The notes under the pieces were generated by a model. The model was not told the DNA's origin. It searched no databases and saw nothing but the letters and a program-made list of their open reading frames with translations. 64,000 bases of DNA from an uncultured Candidatus Saccharibacteria bacterium (GTDB lineage: Bacteria; Patescibacteriota; Minisyncoccia; Phycocordibacterales; GCA-2401445): assembly GCA_964436015.1 (NCBI GenBank), contig CAYTAR010000002.1:73521-137520 (forward strand), read 5' to 3'. Every line of letters begins with the position of its first letter. Positions within the stretch are counted from its first letter, which is position 1. Positions 29,204 to 37,427 of this stretch are shown here, piece after piece. A program made the position numbers and the translations under genes.

Positions 29204-30943
29204 ATGAGTACTTTATTTAAAACATGTAATGCATTGTTCATGTCATTGTTTTTGCTGTTAGGCATGACGTTGTTTTCTCATACTGCATATGCCGCGGGCT
29301 CGCTCGTGCTCTCACCTCCAACAGGTGTGTACACTGCAGGAAGTACATTTACGGTGAGGGTGCTTGTAAATACGGACGGATCAGCAATAAATGCTGCAGA
29401 AGGGGAAATAACATTTAATCCAAGCGAGCTTGTAGTAGTGAGCGTATCCCAAGCGGGATCCATTTTTAACTTGTGGACCGTTGAGCCTACTTTTTCAAAT
29501 CAAGCGGGAACTATTTCTTTTGGCGGTGGTAGTCCAAAGGGTTACACAGGCAGCGCGGGAACGGTTCTTTCGGTAACATTTCGTGCACTGAAAGAAACTA
29601 CCGCGACAGTGCGGTTCTCATCAGGTTCAATTCTTGCAGCAGATGGCAAAGGTACCAACATAATCGGAGCTCTATCTTCTGGGTCATATACGTTGCAATC
29701 ACAACGTCAAACACCACCTCCAGAAATTGTGGTTCCCGATAATTCACCGAGCGCCCCAAATGTAAAATCTAGCACGCACCCTGACGAAACTCGTTGGTAT
29801 AACGCGACAGAAGCAACTCTTATGTGGGAAGTACCAGATGGAGTAAGCGCGGTGCGTTTACTTGTAGATCAAGAGAGATTTACCATACCTACTGTATTTT
29901 ATAGTCCTCCAATTAGCGAACGGGTTGTTTCAGATCTTGAAAATGGTGAGTGGTATTTCCACGCTCAATTTAGAAATGCTGAAGGGTGGGGTAAAGTTCG
30001 TCACTTCAGAATCGGCGTTGATACAGAAGCACCGAGTTCGTTTGAAATACGAGAGCCAGAAAATAGAGATCCAACGAGTCCAAACACGCAACTTATCTTT
30101 GATGCGAAAGATGCAGTTTCCGGAATTGCTCGGTATGAGATACAAATAGGAGGGCAAGATCCGATTGTCTGGGTAGATGAGAAAGGAGATGGACTGTATA
30201 CGCTTCCCACACTTCCTGCAGGAAAACACACCATCATAGTTAAGGCGTTTGACGGTGCTGACAATGTGATAGTGCAGACGAAAACAATTACTATAATCGC
30301 CCTTGGTGCCCCAACATTCACTGAGTATCCTGATACTATTACTTCAGGTTCAATTTTGGTCGTTCGTGGTACTGCAATCCCAGATAGCACGGTTACGGTG
30401 TGGATGCGTAAGACTGGTGAAGAACCGAAACCATTTACGATAACTACTAATGCTGAAGGGGTATTTACTTTTATTACCGAGACAGAACTTGAAAAAGGGG
30501 TATATACACTTTGGGCTACCGCAATAGATACGCGAGGCGCACAGAGTGAGTCAAGCAGTGAAATTAAAATTGGCGTTCGTGATCCTGGGTATATTAGAGT
30601 CGGTTCGCTCGCGCTAAGTATTCTTTCCCTCATTGTTCCTTTGGTAGGTCTAGTTGCGCTTCTCGTATTCTTGTTCTGGTATACAAGACACAAAATAGTT
30701 CTTCTCCGTAGAAAATTAAATAAAGAGGTATTAGAAGCTGAGGTTGCGCTTCACAAAGCATTCGTTACCCTTCAGAAGGGCGCAGAAAAACAAGTGAAAA
30801 TGCTTGAAGCTCTTTCTGAAAAGCGAAAACTTACCGCTGAAGAGAAAGATATTCTTCTTAATCTTAAGAAGAATTTAACACTTGCCGAAAAGACAGTAGC
30901 GAAAGAAATTGAAGATATTGAGAAGGTATTGAAGGGTAAGTAG
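29204..30943 (+). CDS. Membrane-anchored surface protein with cohesin-like N-terminal domain (paralog of 3709-5193)
   Basis: Same architecture as the 3709 gene, with shared motifs THPDxxxWYN, GEWYFHAQFRNAEGWG and GIARYEIQIGG. It has a TM segment and a cytoplasmic coiled-coil tail ending EIEDIEKVLKGK. Confidence 0.55.
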   Translation: MSTLFKTCNALFMSLFLLLGMTLFSHTAYAAGSLVLSPPTGVYTAGSTFTVRVLVNTDGSAINAAEGEITFNPSELVVVSVSQAGSIFNLWTVEPTFSNQAGTISFGGGSPKGYTGSAGTVLSVTFRALKETTATVRFSSGSILAADGKGTNIIGALSSGSYTLQSQRQTPPPEIVVPDNSPSAPNVKSSTHPDETRWYNATEATLMWEVPDGVSAVRLLVDQERFTIPTVFYSPPISERVVSDLENGEWYFHAQFRNAEGWGKVRHFRIGVDTEAPSSFEIREPENRDPTSPNTQLIFDAKDAVSGIARYEIQIGGQDPIVWVDEKGDGLYTLPTLPAGKHTIIVKAFDGADNVIVQTKTITIIALGAPTFTEYPDTITSGSILVVRGTAIPDSTVTVWMRKTGEEPKPFTITTNAEGVFTFITETELEKGVYTLWATAIDTRGAQSESSSEIKIGVRDPGYIRVGSLALSILSLIVPLVGLVALLVFLFWYTRHKIVLLRRKLNKEVLEAEVALHKAFVTLQKGAEKQVKMLEALSEKRKLTAEEKDILLNLKKNLTLAEKTVAKEIEDIEKVLKGK

Positions 30944-30948
30944 TTCTT

Positions 30949-30980
30949 AAAAACGCCTGCGGTAGCAGGCGTTTTTTTGT
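30949..30980 (+). terminator. Rho-independent terminator
   Basis: Hairpin acgcctgc-ggta-gcaggcgt followed by T7. Confidence 0.7.
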
Positions 30981-31089
30981 GGGTTTATCCTAAAGGTTTT
31001 TTGGATGACGTGTATTGAGCATATATAATTTCTTTCTGAGATAATTCATGTATACCATGTTTTTTCTTTTCCACAGAAAAGGTATGGTA

Positions 31090-31107
31090 TGTGAACATAT
31101 GTTCACA
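31090..31107. promoter_or_regulatory. Putative LexA operator (Cheo-box type GAAC-N4-GTTC) within perfect palindrome TGTGAACATATGTTCACA
   Basis: An 18-bp perfect palindrome sits immediately upstream of the in-frame lexA ATG at 31120. It overlaps a tatact -10-like hexamer. Confidence 0.5.
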
Positions 31108-31119
31108 TATACTGTATGC

Positions 31120-31689
31120 ATGGATACTGTGTATGAAAAAAAGATACGAGAGTATGTAGAGAAAGAAGGGAGGGTTCCGACGTATCGGAAGCTTGGAGAG
31201 TTGTGCGGGTTTGCGTCCACTAATGCAGTGAGTCGATTAGTAACACGTTTGGTTGCCCGAGGATTTTTTGCTCGTAATGAACAAGGAAAGTTAGTATTGG
31301 GAGCACATATGCAAGGGATACACTTTCTTGGTTTCGTAGAGGCGGGTTTTCCAAGTCACGCGGAAGAGGCAGATTTAGATACTGTTACTCTGGACGAGTT
31401 TCTTATAGAAAAACGCGAATCAAGTTATATGCTTAAAGTGAAGGGGGATTCAATGATTGGGGCTGGTATTTGCCCAGGAGATTATGTAATCGTAGAACGT
31501 ACCAATCATGCCCGTGTGGGAGATATTGTGGTTGCTGAGGTTGATCGTGAGTATACAATGAAATATTTACGGGAGAAGAGTGGGGTACGTTTTCTTGAGC
31601 CTGCAAACAAAAAGTACAAGTCTATTCGTCCAAAAAATTCTTTGGTCATTGTTGCGGTTGTGCGAAGCGTTATTAGAAAGTACCAGTAA
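31120..31689 (+). CDS. lexA: LexA repressor (S24 peptidase with N-terminal wHTH)
   Basis: The N-terminal wHTH (KIREYVEKEGRVPTYRKLGELCGFASTNAVSRLVTRLVARGFF) matches the LexA DNA-binding domain. The C-terminus has the S24 Ser/Lys dyad context (GDSMIGAGI...GDIVVAEVDREYTMKYL). The track ORF from 31048 would include the operator, so I chose the start after the palindrome. Confidence 0.7.
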   Translation: MDTVYEKKIREYVEKEGRVPTYRKLGELCGFASTNAVSRLVTRLVARGFFARNEQGKLVLGAHMQGIHFLGFVEAGFPSHAEEADLDTVTLDEFLIEKRESSYMLKVKGDSMIGAGICPGDYVIVERTNHARVGDIVVAEVDREYTMKYLREKSGVRFLEPANKKYKSIRPKNSLVIVAVVRSVIRKYQ

Positions 31690-31692
31690 TAT

Positions 31693-32916
31693 ATGAGAGC
31701 AGATCAATATATACTACACATTGATGGGGATGGCTTTTTTGCGGGTTGTGAAATGGCGGTTAATGTGTCGCTTAGGGGCAAGAAGGTGGTTGTAGGCAGA
31801 GAACGGGGTATTGCAACCGCGGTAAGTTATGAGGCAAAGAAATGTGGAATCTTGAGAGGTATGCCTATCCATCATGTACAAAAAATGTTTCCAGACGCGA
31901 TTATTGTTTCTGGAAATTACCGTTTATACATGGAATTCTCACGAAGAATGCGGAGTATTGTAGGTCGTTCTTCTTCTCAAGTAGAAGCGTACAGTATTGA
32001 TGAGTGCTTTGCATATGTAACTGGTAATTCAAATCAATCACTCTATTCGCTAGGACGAAAAATTCAAGAAGTGCTCATGAGTGAACTAGGAGTTTCTTTT
32101 TCAGTTGGTATCGGAAAGACAAAGGTGCGGGCAAAGATTGCCTCAAAGTTTCAAAAACCGTTTGGGTGTACGGTGTTTGAACGAGATGTGTGTGATTCCT
32201 CGCGAGCGGTCATTCCTGTTGGGTCCGTATGGGGAATTGGAAAGAGTACTGCTCAGTTTTTGCAAGCACAAGGGATTGTAACCCTTGCAGACTTCATGCA
32301 CACGAAGGAGTCTGTAATTATGAATATTGGAGATAAGCACGTACGAGAAATTTGGAGTGAGCTTGCGGGCATACCGGTGTTTTCAATTATCACGCACGAG
32401 TCAATTCCACAGTCAATAAGTAGCACAAGAACGTTTTCTAAGAGAACATCTTCATTGAGTACACTTATGCAGGAGTTAGCACTTCATACTGAAACGGTTG
32501 CCTTTCGATTAAGGAGCTTTCAAGCGGTTTGTGGAAGTTTTTCATTTTTCATAAAAACACATCAATCTGAGTACCACACTCAAAAAATTACATTTGATAT
32601 TCCCACAAACGCGACACATGAGATCGTGCGGCATATAAGACCATTATTAAAAAACATGTATCAATCTCAAGGGTTATATCGTTCAGCTGGAGTTACCGCG
32701 CTCAGTATTACACCGGTACATTTTCAAGGACTCTCATTATTCGAAGCAGACACAACGCATAAACGTCTATATGCAACAGTAGATACGATACTTAAGAAAT
32801 ATGGAAGTGACTCAATTATGCTCGCCTCTGGATATCGCCCGCATGAAAAGGAACACATAGTGGGTGTGGAGGTACATGGCTCGTTCCCACTTCCATTTAT
32901 TGGATATGTGGATTAA
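31693..32916 (+). CDS. Y-family DNA polymerase (DinB/UmuC-like)
   Basis: N-terminal ILHIDGDGFFAGCEMAVNVSLRGKKVVVG matches the Y-family HIDxDxFFA catalytic motif. It starts 4 nt after the lexA stop. Confidence 0.75.
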   Translation: MRADQYILHIDGDGFFAGCEMAVNVSLRGKKVVVGRERGIATAVSYEAKKCGILRGMPIHHVQKMFPDAIIVSGNYRLYMEFSRRMRSIVGRSSSQVEAYSIDECFAYVTGNSNQSLYSLGRKIQEVLMSELGVSFSVGIGKTKVRAKIASKFQKPFGCTVFERDVCDSSRAVIPVGSVWGIGKSTAQFLQAQGIVTLADFMHTKESVIMNIGDKHVREIWSELAGIPVFSIITHESIPQSISSTRTFSKRTSSLSTLMQELALHTETVAFRLRSFQAVCGSFSFFIKTHQSEYHTQKITFDIPTNATHEIVRHIRPLLKNMYQSQGLYRSAGVTALSITPVHFQGLSLFEADTTHKRLYATVDTILKKYGSDSIMLASGYRPHEKEHIVGVEVHGSFPLPFIGYVD

Positions 32917-32949
32917 ACCAAGAGTATTTGTGGGGTATAATAGTAAGCA

Positions 32950-33939
32950 ATGATAGGCATGCTATACGGAATTATTGTAACTGCAGGAATAACTGGTTTT
33001 TTCCTTGCGTACTACATTTATTATAAAAAAGCTCACAATACCCGTTTAGTGTGTCCAGTGGGGGCGAACTGTGATGCAGTGGTGCATAGCGAATATTCAA
33101 CATTCCTTGGGATTAATCTTGAGTATTGGGGAATGTTGTATTATGGGGTAATCGTCATTTCATACAGCACGCTTTTGCTTTTCCCTGAACTCTTTCCACC
33201 GCTTGCTCAGTTACTTCTCATTACCCTTACGGTGGGAGGTTTTGCTTTTTCGGTGTATCTAACCTCCATTCAGGCATTTGTAATTAGGTACTGGTGTACA
33301 TGGTGTTTGTTTTCGGCCAGTCTCTCAACATTGATTTTTTTCTGTACCCTCGTGGGAAATATGAATATGATTAGTGAACTTATCACTAATAATTTGACTC
33401 TTCTGACTGCAATACATTCGCTATCAATTGCATTGGGTGTTGGTGCAATCACGATAAATATTATTTTCTTGTTTAAGTTTGTGAGTGACTATGTGGTAAC
33501 CATAGGAGAGTATGAGATTTTGAAAACAATTAACCATGTGGTGTGGATTGCCTTGGGTGCGTTCGTTATCACTGGTGCCGGTTTGCATATACTATTACCT
33601 GGTGATGAATTGGTCTCTGGTTTGTTTTTGTTAAAAATGTGTATTGCGTTACTTATGACTATGACGTTGTGGTTCACTCAATTTGCGATAGTTCCACAGT
33701 TCATGCAGGCAATTGCAGTTGATGGGGAGCCACCTTCAACAGTCCGCTCACAACTTCACCAACGAGTATTCATTACAGGAATAGTGAGTGCGGTCGCTTG
33801 GTATGCGCTCTTTGCGACAAACCTCATTGCACCATTTATACAAAATGTGACGCTCCTCTCGGTTATATTTTTGGTTGTACTCGCAGGAAGTGTTACTGGA
33901 GGTCTTGCTCTTGAGCAAATTGTTGCACATCGAAAGTAG
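32950..33939 (+). CDS. VKOR (vitamin K epoxide reductase)-family thiol-disulfide oxidoreductase fused to an additional polytopic membrane domain
   Basis: The loop Cys pair sits in CPVGANCDAVVHSEYSTFLGINLEYWGMLYYG. A CXXC (WCTWC) lies in a TM helix. The ~180 C-terminal aa add about 5 more TM segments. Confidence 0.5.
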   Translation: MIGMLYGIIVTAGITGFFLAYYIYYKKAHNTRLVCPVGANCDAVVHSEYSTFLGINLEYWGMLYYGVIVISYSTLLLFPELFPPLAQLLLITLTVGGFAFSVYLTSIQAFVIRYWCTWCLFSASLSTLIFFCTLVGNMNMISELITNNLTLLTAIHSLSIALGVGAITINIIFLFKFVSDYVVTIGEYEILKTINHVVWIALGAFVITGAGLHILLPGDELVSGLFLLKMCIALLMTMTLWFTQFAIVPQFMQAIAVDGEPPSTVRSQLHQRVFITGIVSAVAWYALFATNLIAPFIQNVTLLSVIFLVVLAGSVTGGLALEQIVAHRK

Positions 33940-33974
33940 TGTTACAAAAGATGAAGACGTCCGTCTTATAGTGT

Positions 33975-34787
33975 ATGGAACAGCATATTAATAATAACAA
34001 TACATATATGAATACATGGGAAAAAGTCGCACAGCGACTAGGGTTTTTTATCACGATAGTGACTATTCTTGGAATAGTAGCAGTGTTCGGTGCAATAAAA
34101 TGGTACTTTACCATTGGCGCAGATATTGTTCCACAGTCGGTGATAAGTGTGAGTGGAGAAGGTACTGCATATGCAACCGCAAATATAGCTCAATTTTCGC
34201 TCTCAGTTCGTGATCTGAAAGACACTGTTGCTGAGGCGCAAAAAAACACTACAGATAGGAGTAACGCAATACTTGCATATCTTCGGGAACAAGGAATTGC
34301 TGAAAAGGATATAAAGACAACAGGGTACAATATTTATCCGCAGTACTCATATCCAGAAATTCGTTGTATTAGTTATCCATGTCCACAGCCTCCACGTGAA
34401 CTTGATGGGTATGAAGTTAGCCAGTCAATTACGGTGAAAGTACGTAACCTAGACACAGTAGGAACACTTCTTTCGGGAGTGGGAACACTCGGAGTAGATT
34501 CTGTAGGAGGAGTATCTTTTATTGTTGAAGATGAAAGTGCGGTGATGGCAGAAGCGCGGAAAGAGGCAATTGATGACGCGGAACAGAAAGCGCGTACTCT
34601 TGCAAAGCAACTCGGGGTAAAAATAGTGAGAATTGTGAATTTCAATGAAGGGGGGTATGCTCCATATTACGCAAAGACAGAAATGGCCTTTAGTGCCGAT
34701 GCTGGACTTGGCGGAGGAGTTCCTGAATTGCCAGCAGGTGAGAATGAATACCATTCAAATGTAACTATTACGTACGAGATACGATAA
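33975..34787 (+). CDS. SIMPL/DUF541 (YggE-like) periplasmic protein with N-terminal membrane anchor
   Basis: Has the SIMPL pattern ISVSGEGTAYATANIAQFSLSV...AQKNTTDRSNAILAYLREQGIAEKDIKTTGYNIYPQY...SQSITVKVRNLDTVGTLL. Confidence 0.6.
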   Translation: MEQHINNNNTYMNTWEKVAQRLGFFITIVTILGIVAVFGAIKWYFTIGADIVPQSVISVSGEGTAYATANIAQFSLSVRDLKDTVAEAQKNTTDRSNAILAYLREQGIAEKDIKTTGYNIYPQYSYPEIRCISYPCPQPPRELDGYEVSQSITVKVRNLDTVGTLLSGVGTLGVDSVGGVSFIVEDESAVMAEARKEAIDDAEQKARTLAKQLGVKIVRIVNFNEGGYAPYYAKTEMAFSADAGLGGGVPELPAGENEYHSNVTITYEIR

Positions 34788-34792
34788 TTAAC

Positions 34793-34834
34793 AGAGATTA
34801 GAGATTAGAGATTAGAGATTAGAGATTAGAGATT
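34793..34834. repeat. Heptanucleotide microsatellite (AGAGATT)x6
   Basis: Six perfect tandem copies, counted base by base, lie between the SIMPL gene stop and its terminator. Confidence 0.9.
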
Positions 34835-34867
34835 GGAAAGAGGAAATTGGGAAGAGAGATAAGAAAT

Positions 34868-34900
34868 AAAAAACAGCCCGCTCGGGCTGTTTTTTATTTC
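34868..34900 (+). terminator. Rho-independent terminator
   Basis: Hairpin cagcccg-ctc-gggctg followed by T6. Confidence 0.7.
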
Positions 34901-34989
34901 TTACTGACTGTGAGGATTATGTTCCTATAATTCCTTTTTTGGAGGTTTGGTCTTCATGCCTGCTCAAAAAATGCCTGTGTGGTGGGTAG

Positions 34990-35019
34990 TTGACAAAATG
35001 CATGACTTTCTAGTATTAT
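34990..35019 (+). promoter_or_regulatory. Sigma70-like promoter upstream of secE-nusG-rplK
   Basis: TTGACA at 34990-34995, then a 17-18 nt spacer, then TATTAT(A). Confidence 0.4.
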
Positions 35020-35062
35020 ATAAGTATTAAAGCCCTGACGGGCGGTTTTTAATAGGAAATAT

Positions 35063-35383
35063 ATGGGATTATTTGAATACATAAATGAAACGAGAGGAGA
35101 AATGCGACATGTGAGTTGGCCAACTCGAAAACAGACGGTGATTTATACGTCTTTGGTGGTTGGTGTTTCAATTCTTACCGCAGTGTATTTGGGGTTATTT
35201 GATTATATTTTTACTGATAAATTGATTGGACAAGTGTTGGGAGTAGATGCGGTGTCAGCTCCAGCGTCCTCTGAAGTGACCGAGGTAGCTCCTGCTGGAT
35301 CTGAGGGAAATAACATTGAATCAACAGGAGAAATTGATGTATCAGTCGAAGGCGCTGAAGTGGTTCCAGTAACTATAGAATAA
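35063..35383 (+). CDS. secE: Preprotein translocase subunit SecE (with C-terminal extension)
   Basis: GEMRHVSWPTRKQT followed by a single TM helix. It sits directly upstream of nusG-rplK in the conserved order. Confidence 0.6.
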   Translation: MGLFEYINETRGEMRHVSWPTRKQTVIYTSLVVGVSILTAVYLGLFDYIFTDKLIGQVLGVDAVSAPASSEVTEVAPAGSEGNNIESTGEIDVSVEGAEVVPVTIE

Positions 35384-35387
35384 TACT

Positions 35388-35933
35388 ATGTCAAAACAAT
35401 CAACAAACAATGAACGTCACTGGTATGCAATTCATACCTATGCTGGATATGAGAATGCGGTGGTGCGAAATTTGAAGCAGAGAATTGAATCTCTTGGCAT
35501 GGAAGATAAAATTTTTAACGTGCTTGTTCCAACTGAGAAGACTTTTAAAATTAAGGGCAACAAACGTGTTGAAGAAGAGGAGAAGGTGTACCCTGGGTAT
35601 GTTCTCGTTGATATGATCGTGACTGATGATTCATGGTTCGTAGTGCGAAACACACCCCGAGTTACCGGCTTCGTTGGTTCTGGTGTTCATCCGGTACCGC
35701 TCGATCAGAAAGAGGTTGATATGCTTCTTAATAAAATGAAGACCGATACCGTAAAGCACGCAATTGACCTTACTATCAATGATGCGGTTACTATTGTTGA
35801 TGGTCCATTTAAAGATCTAGATGGTAAAGTAAGCGAGGTTGATCCAGCTCGAGGAAAAGTGAAGGTGCTTGTATCTATGTTCGGTCGAGAGACTCCGGTT
35901 GAGCTTGATTTTCTTCAGATTAAAAAAATATAG
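35388..35933 (+). CDS. nusG: Transcription termination/antitermination factor NusG
   Basis: N-terminal NGN domain (WYAIHTYAGYENAV) and C-terminal KOW domain (VTIVDGPFKDLDGKVSEVD). Confidence 0.85.
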   Translation: MSKQSTNNERHWYAIHTYAGYENAVVRNLKQRIESLGMEDKIFNVLVPTEKTFKIKGNKRVEEEEKVYPGYVLVDMIVTDDSWFVVRNTPRVTGFVGSGVHPVPLDQKEVDMLLNKMKTDTVKHAIDLTINDAVTIVDGPFKDLDGKVSEVDPARGKVKVLVSMFGRETPVELDFLQIKKI

Positions 35934-35979
35934 CTTGACTTGCACTTTTATTCTGGTATCGTTAACCAACTAACATTTT

Positions 35980-36405
35980 ATGGCAAAAAAGGTACTCAAA
36001 CAGCTTAAATTACAAATTCCTGGAGGCGCAGCAAACCCAGCTCCTCCAATTGGTCCTGCTTTGGGGCAGGCAGGTATTAACATTGGAGACTTCGTAAAGA
36101 AGTTTAATGATGCGACTCAGGCAATGCGTGGAGATGTTGTTCCTGTAGTTATTACCGTATACGAGGATAGAAGTTACGATTTTATTTTGAAGACTCCTCC
36201 TGCAACCAACCTTATTCTCAAAGCGATAGGTGTTGAGAAAGGTTCAGGTAAAAACGTTGCACAAAAGGTGGGTAAAATTACAAAAGCACAAATTCGTGCC
36301 GTTGCAGAGAAGAAGATGCCAGATTTGAATGCAAATGATATTGAAGCAGCAATGAAGATAATTGAGGGAAGTTGCCGTTCAATGGGAATTGAGGTTGTAG
36401 CATAA
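35980..36405 (+). CDS. rplK: 50S ribosomal protein L11
   Basis: [26 protein letters not shown] matches the L11 signature. Confidence 0.9.
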   Translation: MAKKVLKQLKLQIPGGAANPAPPIGPALGQAGINIGDFVKKFNDATQAMRGDVVPVVITVYEDRSYDFILKTPPATNLILKAIGVEKGSGKNVAQKVGKITKAQIRAVAEKKMPDLNANDIEAAMKIIEGSCRSMGIEVVA

Positions 36406-36412
36406 TATTCAT

Positions 36413-36450
36413 AAAAAACACCGTTCGCCTTGCGGACGGTGTTTTTTTAT
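36413..36450 (+). terminator. Rho-independent terminator after rplK
   Basis: Imperfect hairpin ccgttcgc-cttg-cggacgg followed by T7. Confidence 0.6.
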
Positions 36451-36478
36451 GCTTTCTTACAGAGAGAAAGGTAAATCT

Positions 36479-36895
36479 ATGAAGACAAGTATATATGTTG
36501 GATGCGCGCTGACGCACGCTCCGCAGGAGTACCATGATCAGGTGGCACAGCTGAAGCTTCATTTGGGTAATCATTTCAGAGTGAAAGAGTTCCTCGGACT
36601 TACTGCCGGCAACCCGCAGGATGTGTACCATGAGGATATTCGGTGTGGGGTTGGAGGTGCGGATGTGTTCGTGGCGTTTGCTGATTATCCCTCAACTGGT
36701 CTTGGGCTTGAACTTGGTGCGGCGGTGTGGAGGTGTAACAAGCCAGTGCTACTGATGTGGCAAAGAAACTCCATGGTTACACGCCTTATCAAAGGTATTA
36801 ATGATTATCCTCGTCTTGTGTGCAAAACGTACGAGCGAATCAGTATGCAGAGCGCAGGAAAGATTATCATTCAGAATGTTCCCAAGCTTCTTTGA
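36479..36895 (+). CDS. Hypothetical protein, possibly nucleoside 2-deoxyribosyltransferase-like fold
   Basis: Its pattern (IYVGCAL...ADVFVAFADYPSTGLGLELGAAVWRCNKPVLLM) resembles the Nuc_deoxyrib_tr/DUF4406 family. I chose the start after the upstream terminator, with an agagagaaagg RBS. Confidence 0.3.
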   Translation: MKTSIYVGCALTHAPQEYHDQVAQLKLHLGNHFRVKEFLGLTAGNPQDVYHEDIRCGVGGADVFVAFADYPSTGLGLELGAAVWRCNKPVLLMWQRNSMVTRLIKGINDYPRLVCKTYERISMQSAGKIIIQNVPKLL

Positions 36896-36925
36896 AAAAC
36901 CCCGCGCCTAAAGCGCGGGTTTTTA
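36896..36925. terminator. Bidirectional rho-independent terminator
   Basis: Hairpin cccgcgc-ctaaa-gcgcggg flanked by an A-run and a T-run. It lies between convergent genes. Confidence 0.65.
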
Positions 36926-37411
36926 TCGCTCAAGCGTTACCCAAGAAAAGGTAGGGGTATGTTCAGTATGTTTTTCTTCAGTAATTATTCTTTTAAAATT
37001 AGTATAGGGAGGGAAGTGAGCATCTCCGTTTTCATTGCTTTCAATGAGGGTGAGGTAAAGCCTTTGTGTGTGTGGGAGAAGTTCGGTATAAATTTGTGCT
37101 CCTCCAATGATAAATACTTCATCGGAATCAAGAGTACAGGCAAGTGTTAGTGCCTCTTCGGGTGTGCGGGCAACCATTACTTGTTCGTGAGCGAAATTTG
37201 CGTTACGGGTGATAACAATAGAAGTGCGTCCTGGAAGGGCTTTGCCAATAGACTCAAATGTTTTACGTCCCATAATTATGGGGTGGCCCATGGTAAGTTC
37301 TTTGAATCGTTTTAAGTCGGACGGAATGCGCCAGATAAGCTCGTTATTTTTCCCGATTGCGCGAGTTTCTTTGCCGAGTGCGACAATAGCGCTTATAATG
37401 GGTGTATTCAT
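36923..37411 (-). CDS. folA: Dihydrofolate reductase
   Basis: IISAIVALGKETRAIGKNNELIWRIPSDLKRFKELTMGHPIIMGRKTF...IIGGAQIY matches DHFR. The start ATG at 37411 is the internal Met of the longer track ORF. Confidence 0.85.
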   Translation of the reverse strand: MNTPIISAIVALGKETRAIGKNNELIWRIPSDLKRFKELTMGHPIIMGRKTFESIGKALPGRTSIVITRNANFAHEQVMVARTPEEALTLACTLDSDEVFIIGGAQIYTELLPHTQRLYLTLIESNENGDAHFPPYTNFKRIITEEKHTEHTPTFSWVTLER

Positions 37412-37427
37412 TTTGTAATAGTAACGC

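Noticed and set aside
31048-31119. Upstream extension of lexA ORF
   Set aside because: It would translate through the palindromic operator/-10 region. LexA homology starts at the Met at 31120.
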